Origin: Epithemia pelagica | Lineage: Eukaryota > Protista > Bacillariophyta | Length of the DNA: 64,000 bases | Assembly: GCA_946965045.2 (NCBI GenBank) | Contig: OX337241.1 | Coordinates: forward strand, 2,356,001-2,420,000 | Reading direction: 5' to 3' | Shown: positions 32,601 through 42,740 of the stretch, one piece after another | Position numbering within the stretch: position 1 is the stretch's first letter | Layout: every line of letters starts with the position of its first letter | Notes under the pieces: model-generated | What the model was told of the DNA's origin: nothing | Databases searched by the model: none | The model's input: only the letters and a program-made list of their open reading frames with translations | Program-made: the position numbers and the translations under genes

Positions 32601-33192
32601 ATGCTTCTCCAATCCCACCGATCCCCTTGCGTGTCTTCTTAGAGACTAAGCCATGAGAGGAAAGAAATCTGATAATGGTTTGTCTCAGATTCTCAGCACC
32701 GTCTATCACTGTCGTCCCAAATGCCTGATTCCAAATATTGGAAACAGGACTGTAGAGAGTCTTTTTGAACAACAGTCGAGCAACCATTGGAGTCAACTTG
32801 TCATCATCATCCATCTCGTTCTTAATTCTTGTGAAACAGAAAACGGAGTGACAGATGATATCTTGGAATGCAGGCGAATAACAGATTGGTAGGAATATCT
32901 TCACATAATGGCCGTCATGTGGTACCTCCACTGTTGTCCATTTTCCTGATTTGTCTTGGAAAACACTTTCATACCAATTGAGGACACTTTCGTATGTAAT
33001 GGGCATAATACCGGTGTAGTGAGATTCCTCGCTTGTGTGTGTTCGAAGTGTATGATTGGTACCAGAAACAGTCATAGTCGACACGTCCTTTCTTTTGTTT
33101 CGCACTTCATCATTCATTGAAGAAGGGTCACCAGGATTCTTGGCGGTCGGTGGTTTTTTGTAGCGAGGGCCCTTGATGCGGTTGCCCGCCAT
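26661..33192 (-). CDS. ~2151-aa protein with two RING fingers and a C-terminal TET/JBP-like 2OG-Fe(II) dioxygenase domain (2 exons)
   Basis: Exons 33192-32068 and 31991-26661, joined by a phase-0 GTAAG...TTAG intron. RINGs: CVCC...CGHLVHGNC...CPQC and CSIC...CRHTFCREC...CMVC. Dioxygenase: ASHYDIHD...WYFVLPN...LFHGIAIAWDGRIIRHGTS. Confidence 0.7.
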
Positions 33193-33214
33193 TTTGTACT
33201 TGTCACGATGCGCT

Positions 33215-34560
33215 TTTTGTGTAGCGTCTTTGTTTCAACAACAACAACAACAAGGGTAGTCGAGGAAGCGCTTTAATTGTAGCGTCTTTGAGACAACCTT
33301 GTGTACTTGTCTAATCAGTAAAAAGTGTGCGCTGAATTGTGTAGCGTCTTTGGTTTGGTCCTGAACTCTGGTGGTAACAAAACAACAACAAAATCGAAGG
33401 AATACACTACGACGCGCTTTATGTGTAGCGTCTTGTTCGTTGTGATCCAACAATCGGTGCCAGAATTTGCTACTCCAAAACCAGGGGTTGGTTGGTTGTC
33501 CAAGCAATCTCGCGACAAGAATAGAACAGAAGCAACTGGCTACCACCGTGTCACACTGCTTGCTTTGGGTCTGTTCTATTCAAGTCCGAGTATCACGAGG
33601 ACAGGAGGGTTCTTGATAAACAATCTAACAGATAACCCGAAACCGCTTCAATTGTAATAGCGTGATTGGAGTGAAGGACAGAGCTGAGTGAAACAAGCAA
33701 CAATCAGACAGATGCCCCAAGCCGCTTTAATTGTAGCGTGGTGATTGGAATGGCAGAGCTGCAAGATAGTGCAAGTGTCAAAGATAGGACAAATGTCGAC
33801 AATATTTCGAATGCTCTGGTGGTCGTTCTTCTTCTTGGGTTCCTCTTCTTCTTGTTTTCCTGTTGTAGCGGTTTTGGAGTGAAGGTCGTGGTTGAAAGGA
33901 AGCAAGCAACAATCAGACAGATGCCCCAAGCCGCTTTAGTTGTAGCGTGATTGGAATGGCAGAGCTGCAAGATAGTGCAAGTGTCAATGTCTCGAATGCT
34001 CTGGCCGTGCTTGAGTTCCTCTTCCTCTTCTTCTGGTGCAGCGGTTTTGGAGTGAAGTGTTGTAGCGGTTTTGGAGTGAAGGTCGTGGTTGAAAGGAAGC
34101 AAGCAACAATCAGACAGATGCCCCAAGCCGCTTTAATTGTAGCGTGATTGGAATGGCAGAGCTGCAAGATAGTGCAAGTGTCAATGTCTCGAATGCTCTG
34201 GCCGTGCTTGAGTTCCTCTTCCTCTTCTTCTGGTGCAGCGGTTTTGGAGTGAAGGTGGCTGAAGAGGAAGCAAGCAACAAAAAGGTGGCTGAAAAGGAAC
34301 CAAGCAACAATCAGACAGATGCCCCAAGCCGCTTTAATTGTAGCGTGATTGGAATGGCAGAGCTGTTAGGTTGATGAAAGAAGTTGGATAGGTGAAAGGA
34401 TTGAAAAGGGAATCTCGGCAGAGAGAAAGCAAGCAACAAAAAGGTGGCTGAAAAGGAACCAAGAAACAATCAGACAGATGCCCCAAGCCGCTTTAATTGT
34501 AGCGTGATTGGAATGGCAGAGCTGTTAGGTTGATGAAAGAAGCTGGATAGATAATGGGAT
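33215..34560. repeat. Right subterminal tandem array built on TGTAGCG motifs and a ~55-bp core
   Basis: caatcagacagatgccccaagccgcttta(a/g)ttgtagcgtg...gattggaatggcagagctg occurs about five times; tgtagcg occurs more than ten times. Confidence 0.85.
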
Positions 34561-35246
34561 TGAACAGGGGAATCTCGATAGCGTTGGGTGATCGATTGTT
34601 GTTGTTGCTGCTGCTGTTGTTGTTGTTTGTTGTGGTGTGTTGGGTGGAGGTGGAGGGAGATGAATGAGCATCGATTCTGGTGGTCGTTGATTGTTGAATG
34701 ACTAGTATGCTAAGTTGTTCGGTTTTGTTCGATGGATCAGAGTGTCGAGTTGGTAATCCCCGCGGTTTGGGTGATTGGGAAGGAGGATCCATCTGAGACA
34801 TTCTTTGGGACATCCATGTGCGTCAGTCTTTCTGGCAGCTGCTGTGTGATGTGGTGGGAGTGGAAATTCGTGATTCAAAGGTGAGGGGACAGACGCTTGC
34901 GCATGAGGGTTGCGTCATGCGCGTCTCGGGGGGGTCGAGCGCGCCAGATAGTTGTAGTGCGCATTATCGGAGTGTGGCGCGCGTTATTCGTGGTTTGATC
35001 GCGGGCTTGTGCGCATTAAAATTGTGGCATGCGCGTGATAGTCAGCTCGATCTCTAGAACTAGCTAGAGAAATGTGCATTGTTAGACCTAGATTTGCAGA
35101 TTTAGTTGGGAAAGCAGGATTATAGTTAAAAACTGCGCATATAAAAATAAACTGCGCATAAAAAATTTTAATTCGGCGAATTTTTTCTAGAAATTCGCTT
35201 TTGGGGGTGGAAATCAAGCGCCGGGGCCCATTTCCCTCCTTAGATG

Positions 35247-37219
35247 GAGAGGCCCAACCAATATCTCAATGGCAGTATAAGGCAGGGTTCACAAAATCCA
35301 GACCACGCATGAGGGAGAATCAACCACGCGTGGAATTCAGAAGTACAACGACGTCATCCCGACGTGAGACCGACGTTACGATACCCGAAGACAGGGACCA
35401 AACTAACGATGCTAACCCGCCAATGAAAGAACGAGAAACTATGCCAGAGCATGAGGGAGCTAGGCGGTCCCAACGTACTCCTCGTCGAACACAACGATAT
35501 CAAGACTACTTGACTTCGCTCCAAGAGCCCGAAGACGCGATCGGAGAAGTAGCTATCACAGCTAAACCAACTGTGACAGTCAATACCGCTCAAGCTAACA
35601 GCAATCCAGATGTTATGTACTGGCATGAAGCGATGAAACAAGAGGATCGAGCGGAATTCATAAAGGCAGCACAGAAAGAAGTACAAGATCATAGCGATAA
35701 TGGGCTATGGGAGGTGGTCAAGCGAAAGGACATTCCGAAAGGAGCGCTAATCTCCCGAGGAGTGTGGAGTTGCGTCCGAAAGAGAAGACTAAAAACTAGA
35801 GAAGTCTACAAATGGAAATCCAGATTGGCATATGATGGGTCCATGCAAGAAAAGGGGGTTAACTATTGGGAAACCTACGCTCCCGTGATTCAATGGCCCG
35901 TCGTGAGATTCATCCTGACTATGGCACTCACACAAGGATGGCACATCAAACAGGTAGATTATGTGCTGGCATATACTCAAGCAGTCGCCGAGACTGATAT
36001 GTATATGGAAGCGCCGAAAAGCTTCACATTCGATACAAAAGGAAACCAGCGAGCAGAAGACTACGTCCTCAAGATCAAGCAAAATTACTATGGGCAGAAG
36101 CACGGTGCCCGAGTCTGGAATCAACACCTCGTGGAACGACTTAAGCAAGTCGGTTTCCAACAAAGTGCACACGACGAGTGCCTCTTTTATCATGGTAAAT
36201 GCGTATACATTTTGTATACGGACGATTCATTATTGTTGGGTCCTGACAAAGAAGAACTCGACCGGTTGATTGTTACAATGGAGAATAGTGGTCTGAAGAT
36301 GACCTATGAAGACGGAGTCAACGATTTTCTTGGGGTCAACATCGACAGAAAAGAGGATGGCACCATCCACTTGACTCAACCACATTTAATTGACTCAATC
36401 CTCCAAGATCTTCACCTTGCCGACGAATCGACCAAGAAGAAAGAAACACCGGCACCAACCACAGTACGCTTGAGACAAGACCAAGACGGAAAAGCATTTG
36501 ATCACCATTTCCATTACAGGTCGGCGATCGGGAAACTCAACTTCCTGGAAAAGAGCACGAGACCAGATATTAGTTTCGCCGTCCACCAATGCGCTAGATT
36601 TTGCGAAAACCCAAAAGCAATTCATGGGAAAGCCGTCAAACACATAGCACGTTACCTCGCCGGGACAAGAAAGCAAGGAGTGATACTAAAACCCGACACC
36701 ACGAAATCTTTCCAAGTGTTCGCTGACGCGGACTTTGCTGGCAATTTTAACAAGCTCGACCACCCAAACAAGGACATGGCTCGGTCTCGAACGGGATTTG
36801 TGGTCTTCTATGCAGGTTGCCCCATCCTCTGGCAATCAAAACTGCAGTCAGAGATAGCCTTATCAACCACAGAAGCAGAGATCATCAGTTTGTCACACGC
36901 ACTACGTACCGTCATTCCGTTGATGGCCATCACTCGTGAGATGAAGGATTTGGGAATCCCTATTCTCTCTACGACACCCAATATACACTGCAAGGCCTTC
37001 GAAGATAACAGTGGTGCAGTCGAACTTGCAACGATATACAAGTACAGACCCAGGACACGGTATCTGTGCACCAAGTTGTTCCATTTTAAATCTTTTGTGG
37101 AACGAAAAGAGATCGAGATTCACCCGTGCGCGACAGACGATCAGACCGCGGATATCTTCACTAAATCGCTCAACGAATCATCGTTCGAGAAACATCGCGA
37201 GAGTATACAAGGATGGTAA
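35247..37219 (+). pseudogene. pol: Copia Pol 3' part (reverse transcriptase, RNase H)
   Basis: KSRLAYDG, QVDYVLAY, YGQKHG and LYTDDS (RT); FADADFAG, LSTTEAE, EDNSGA and ADIFTK (RNase H). Confidence 0.92.
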
Positions 37220-37237
37220 CATCGACTCTACTCGGCC

Positions 37238-37246
37238 GAGAGGGAG
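37238..37246 (+). promoter_or_regulatory. Polypurine tract
   Basis: gagagggag abuts the 3' LTR. Confidence 0.8.
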
Positions 37247-37707
37247 TGTTCAAAATAATGAGATATGGTCAGTGAATGAAGAAGTGCGACCAATATTCGG
37301 AACCGGCATTCGGAAGTAGAAGATTCGACCGACAAGAGACGAGTACCATCGTTATTTCAAACAGAACAAATGAACCAATGGGCCGACCAAGTCTCATTTG
37401 GAGCAGCGCGTCATCAACAATAACGGCCCAAACAAGTCCAATACATAGAGAAACGAGATCCTATGGCATCCCATAACTGTCGTCGTCTAAACATTCTGAC
37501 AGGCAAGAACGGGCTGGACGACGATACATAGGAAACCAAGATTGCAACAAGATCGCAAAAGATCTCCAATCTACCTTATCAAACGGCCGACGATCCAACG
37601 GATCACAGCCATCGCTACGAGTAGAAGTAAAGACTAAACACACAACTTAACTTTGTTTTACACGGGTTGAGCTCGTTCTTGTTGCCTACGGTAGCAGGAA
37701 AACAACA
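37247..37707 (+). repeat. 3' LTR, 461 bp
   Basis: Direct repeat of 12956-13416. Confidence 0.95.
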
Positions 37708-37787
37708 GGGTGTTTGTGGTGTCCGAACCAAGGATGGAACCATGCAGACGACAACCATTGGGGCATTCCCATGGACACAACCGTAAC

Positions 37788-38716
37788 ATCGCAACGCAGT
37801 CGGAACCAAATGAGTTGACACGCTTGCCCATTTTGCGTGATCGAAGGGTAAGTATGCTGAGAAATATGCGCATACATTTTGTTTAGCAATTTTGTTCTCT
37901 AACGCATTCCACAAACAGAATTTGCTACGTCGTTGCGTTTCTGCGACGCAAATGATGGTGGCAAACTTGGTCAAGACTGAACTTGCGTATATTAACACCT
38001 CTCACCCAGACTTTATTGGAGGATCACAAGCTGTTGCTTCTTTGATGGCGAAGATTGGAAAAGAGAATGACCGCAAGTGTGCGGCCGGTATTGCCGGTGT
38101 TGTCGGAGTGCCCGATAACGCACCGGCCCCTCTTTCGGACGCATCCGTGAACAACTACGAATATGAAGGTGAAGATGAGAACGTCTCGGTGTATGAGAAG
38201 CGATCAGCAAAGAGTGGAGGTATCATGGGCATGCTTTTTCAAAAGGAAGGCAAGCCGGGCAACAACGGAAAGAATGGTGGTCCCGTAGGAGGTCCTCCTT
38301 CTACGGTAGGTTCGGCCCGAAAGACCCAAAAAGGACGGGCCTCCTTAGAACCACCCAGTATGGTTGAGCTTCCGCAGGTTCCAGATTGTATGAACCAGGC
38401 TGATATTCCAGTCACAGAGAAGGAAACGATTGAAATGGAAATCATCAAAACCTTGGTGGGTTCGTTTTTTGACATTGTGCGCAAGAATTTTACTGACATG
38501 GTCCCAAAGACTATCATGTATTTCCTGGTCAACCATGTGCGTGATTCGCTGCAGAATGAACTCGTAGCCGAGCTATACCGTGAAGCCGAAGTTGGCACAC
38601 TTTTGCAAGAGGCCGAAGATATCGCAGCTCGCCGTCAGAGTTGCATGGAGATGAAGGATTTGCTCGGTAAGGTAATGGAAACTGTCAACGAAGTGCGAGA
38701 CTATACAACACAATGA
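37788..38716 (+). pseudogene. Dynamin-related protein (Dnm1/Vps1-like), 3' fragment covering the middle domain end and GED
   Basis: ELTRLPILRDR, ELAYINTSHPDF and IVRKNFTDMVPKTIMYFLVN. One intron at 37848-37918. No GTPase domain upstream. Confidence 0.8.
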
Positions 38717-39037
38717 AATAGGCAGTCTCCGGTGAGTTGGGAACGGCTCTAATTGGGAGTAACAGTATTGTCAAAAAGTGGGCGCACGTGAACGTTACTT
38801 GCAAAAATGAAGATCATAGTCATTGCTTCGCCGTTGTAAGTCCAACTCATTTATTGTTTGTTTCTATGACCAAAGCAAGGAGTAAATCTCAAAAACTGGA
38901 GTCTCTTTGTGTTTACTTGGAAAAATGCATGTCATGGAAGATCAGTGTCTAGATTTGTTAGATATTCTGTCGCCAAGTATCCAAACAATTCCATATGTAT
39001 CAAACGAGTAATTTCCCTTCCACTTGCAAAATATCGC

Positions 39038-39571
39038 CTAGAGACGAATGCCGATGAATTTCTTGAAGCGATCACGGCGCGTCTCCACTGTGCCTCCGGC
39101 GGCAAGGCCGTAGAAACCCAGCGCGGCATTCAACGCAGGCCCATTCATGGTGTTCAAAGCTTGAAGAGTGGCAGGAAACTGGGGAAATGGGTTCCCAGTG
39201 CCATTATTCAACGGAGTAAGTATATCATTTTGATGGACAGCCACGGCGTTGCTTTGACGTGCATTGATATTTACGAGTTGTGCATTGATAGGAGCCAAGC
39301 CAGCAGCCAACGCAGGACCAAACCAAGCAGGGGCTCCTCCCCCCGCCACAACGCCTGTGGCAGCAGCAGTGCAACGTGCTTGGAACGCTTCGTGATCCCC
39401 GTACTCTGCTTCCGTGATGGAACCATTTTGAAATAGGCCCTCCGCTATTTTCTTGCGCTTTGCAGACCGAGTGATGCGGACATTGGCAGGCCCAGCTGCG
39501 CCAACGTCGACAACTAAATCGAGAGCCGCTTGAGCACTAGCGTTTGCAACTGCAGGTGGATTGAACGCCAT
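39038..39571 (-). CDS. Mug135-like C-terminal-domain protein, copy A (~177 aa)
   Basis: NARQSN...LTPLNNGTGNPFPQFPATL...LGFYGL...RRDRFKKFIGI resembles the Mug135_C family pattern and is preceded by a heptad segment. Confidence 0.5.
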   Translation of the reverse strand: MAFNPPAVANASAQAALDLVVDVGAAGPANVRITRSAKRKKIAEGLFQNGSITEAEYGDHEAFQARCTAAATGVVAGGGAPAWFGPALAAGLAPINAQLVNINARQSNAVAVHQNDILTPLNNGTGNPFPQFPATLQALNTMNGPALNAALGFYGLAAGGTVETRRDRFKKFIGIRL

Positions 39572-39880
39572 GGTATGGTAATGACAAAATGACATCGAGT
39601 TCACGAAAAACTTTTCGCGCGGATGCTTGTCTGTCGTGCGTACGTCGTGACGCGGCAGGAGTTCGGGAGCAGATGTTCGGACATCAGATGGACGAGCACG
39701 CGCGGAGCGCGCACACGGCCACGGCCAGCGCGCAACTGTGGATGGAGCTGGGAAGCAGAACATCGGCATCAGAGTCGAGCTCACAATTTTGGGATAGTGA
39801 GTAGAGACTTCGAAATCTGCCATCTCAAGTGGAGGACATCAAACTAGATAGTTCTAAGGATTCAAAAACTGTTTGCTACG

Positions 39881-40233
39881 ATGACTGTTTCGACTAATCC
39901 TGTCTTTGAGGACGACGACTTCTTCTTCCCGCCTCCGGACCCGCCTCAACAGGATCCTTTGATGGGTTTGAAAGGTCCTCCCCCTTCCAACGGGACTGCT
40001 TCTGACATTCCTGTTGTCTCCCAACTTTCCCAAGGAAATGATACCCATGCTGGTGTTTCGGAAACCGAAGTGGTCGACCTATGCTCGGTAGATGGTGACG
40101 GGCCCGGCGTGCGGGCCCGTCCCAAATTCGACTCGGTGATGAAAGAATCGCTGCGACGCTTGTGCATATGGAAGGTTTTGCAAGAACAACATGAGCGAGA
40201 GCAACAACAACAACAACAACAACAAGATTATCA
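39881..40233 (+). pseudogene. 5' fragment of an unknown gene, fused to the ankyrin 5' half (also at 49587 and 55490)
   Basis: ORF MTVSTNP...QQQQDY runs into antisense ankyrin sequence at 40234. Confidence 0.45.
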
Positions 40234-41365
40234 TGGTCTGCTGCTGCTCCGCAGAACGTCGTGATGATGAAAGGGACACGGTAGAGGGGGTATCGTCGAT
40301 AGTCTCGTTGTTCCGTTCCGACTCTTCCCACATGCGTGCCGTTTCTTTATCATGAGGAGGACGAGGAGGAGACGCTGGGAGTGGCATGGCAGCCAGTCCT
40401 CCCGACGGACTGAGTTGAAGCACCACTCCCGGTTTGGTCGTCAAGTCCATTTCGTCATCGTCGTGGTTGTTCCAACAGGGTGATGGTTGCTCTAGTACTC
40501 GAATGGAAGGACCATCATTACTGGACAAGGACGATTCATCGCCGCAGTCGCAATACAAAAACACGCCATGATGGTTCGTCGTCTTTTTGGGTGGACTGTA
40601 CTCATTCACTGATTCTTCCCCTCCCACCGGTTGTGGGCCATGGGGAAGGAGGAATCTTCGTGGTTCGACACTCCCCAAATCGACATCTTCTGCATTGTCA
40701 CCACTTGGTTGGGGAAAAACCGTTGGAAATTGGGGAAAGGATCCGTTTCGATGGTCTCGCCAGGAACGCAACTTCTTGGCCAATCTTGTTGTTGTTGGCG
40801 TTCTCCTCCTCCTGGGAGGAACCCCCCGTCGTCGTGTCGTAGTAGTATGGTGTGGCCATTTGTGTCCTTCTTGTTGTTGATGTTGGGGACGACCCGGACG
40901 ACGATTACGACTACGACGACCGCTGGTCTCGTGGTTCTTCTGGCTCGGATAATGGTGGGGTTGGATGGACACGGCGGCTGTGGCTGTGGCATCCATCACC
41001 GAGTGGTGTTGTTGGAGCAAGAGTTGTACCACTTCCACGGGTGGATCCAAGGCACAGACCAAATGCAAAGGCATGACAGTCAACTCCAAATCGACACCCT
41101 CCGAAAGGGCAATGCAAACTTCCATGGTCAGTTCTTCTGGATACCGATGTACACGAATCAAGACACGTTGCCAATCCTGACGCAAAATCAAGGCCCACAG
41201 CGGTGAAGACGAACAGGAGGACCGAAGAAGCGGACATGTAGTCGTCATGGTTCGAGCGGAGAATGGGTTTCTCTTCCAGACAACATGTTCCGGAACGCAA
41301 GACTTATTGAGGGGAGGATCAAAGGGTCGTGCTGGCAATGGAGGCACTGCCAATTGGTTTCCCAT
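40234..41365 (-). pseudogene. Ankyrin-like gene, 5' half (complements 11335-12779)
   Basis: Starts MGNQLAVPP. It ends exactly at the base where the 3' half stops when compared with the intact copy. Confidence 0.85.
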
Positions 41366-42740
41366 GCTGGTGTGTGTGTCAACGATATTGGTACCTTGTT
41401 TTGTTCGTTCTAGAATACTGGTGAAACCGAAACAAAATAATGAGCCACGGTCAGTGTACGCAAGTTTTGGTTGGTGGTTGGAATGGTGGAACCTGGATGC
41501 TTTACCTGGAGTCCTCTCCCACCAAACCACTCCGTGTGTGTGTCTTGCACAATGGAATCCGCAACCACCACCACATGGATCTCTCTCTCTCTCTTGGGTA
41601 CAGAACGTTCCATCAGAATCAGGCATGGCCCTTGGCAGAGTGTTGGAAGTTGTCCGCACCTCTATGGAAAAAGGTCCTGGAGGAAAGGATCCTTTCGTAC
41701 ACCGTTGACCCGCCACAAACACTGGTTCCCGCCTCGTAGGAATGGAACTCCCAATTCCCAATCCCATCTACTCGAGGAAGAACCATCCTCCTGTAGTACA
41801 CTCCGCACCAATATCCCTAATTGCTAGCTTTTGGCAGTTCCTGGAAGCTGAGAAACTCTCTACCTACCTAGTAGTTCGAGATTGTTGGAACCCAGCCAGT
41901 ACAGGGCTCCAAGAACAGACGCATGACAGTGGCCTTGGACGAGACAGCAGAATGGAATACTAACGACTACTGGTGGATCATCTGCCCATCCATCTCGCGT
42001 CCAAAGCTCTTGTACGGGCAGGGTGACTTTCAGGTTCAACACTGTCCCCTTTGCCCATTCTGGGAGAATGTTTGATCACTGTAATGAAGAGAGAGCCCTT
42101 TTATGATCGCGATCCTTGCACTCCAGCTAGGAGTGCGATCATAAAAGCGCTCTCCCTTCATCACGGTCTGGAAGGCAGTAGATGAGTCCGACACTGGGAC
42201 CCGTCCAATCGACGTTGCGATGCCTTGATTTGTAGGGAGAATTTTGCCGCCCAACGGAAATCTCTCATGGCCACCGCAGAGCCTTTTTTGTTCTTCCAAT
42301 TGTGGTAATTTCTCTTGCAGGTCTTCCTTGGCAGTGCTTTGTTGTTGTTCTTGTTGTTGTTTGGCCATGCTTCTTTTTTGAGCCTCGAGGACGGTGCAAC
42401 TCCCTCCATATGATTGGTATCTGTGGCCGTCGGTTGCATGCCTTCAACTTTTTGCTCCACGTGCTGCGTCTCGTGATTTGTGTCATGTTGGAACTCTGGG
42501 AACAAGCGAAACAAGAGCTTCAACAGAATCATCTTTGTAATCGTCCCGACTCTTGGTCCTCCCTTTCGTCGCTATGGTCTACGGCCACGTTCTTATTGTA
42601 TCAATCCCATGCACTGAATTTGGTACAAAATTACAAGGATGTGAGTCGTTAGTACCTGGAAGCTGAGAAACTCTCTACACCTACCTAGTAGTTCGAGATT
42701 GTTGGAACCGCCAGTACAGGGCTCCAAGAAGAACAGACGC

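Larger units (their letters stand above)
16785..35246. mobile_element. 18,462-bp Plavaka/CMC (CACTA-related) DNA transposon with five genes
   Basis: TIR CATCTAAGGA(A/G)GGAA at both ends and a 2-bp TSD GA. Removing the element restores pol in frame (TTT GGA GAG GCC = FGEA). Confidence 0.9.
12956..37707 (+). mobile_element. Ty1/copia LTR retrotransposon (CoDi-like) carrying a nested DNA transposon
   Basis: Paired LTRs, gag, PR-IN-RT-RH domain order, PPT, and flanking GGGTGT duplication at 12950-12955 and 37708-37713. Confidence 0.95.

Noticed and set aside
33648-34374. Repeated small ORFs and possible CRISPR-like periodicity
   Set aside because: The segments between repeats are themselves repeated and irregular, there are no cas genes and the context is eukaryotic. 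It is a subterminal tandem array.
39572-39823. N-terminal extension of the 261/268-aa ORF calls
   Set aside because: The start is non-ATG and the composition looks like promoter/UTR; MAFNPP is the likelier start.
12780-40233. Helitron interpretation of the TSD-less insertion
   Set aside because: The ends are not TC...CTRR on either strand, the target is G|T rather than A|T, and no Rep/helicase is present.
42036-42650. Minus-strand ORF fragments (MAKQQQEQQ...), repeated at 51716 and 57619
   Set aside because: Probably a decayed gene, but there is no recognisable domain and the frames are broken, so no call can be supported.
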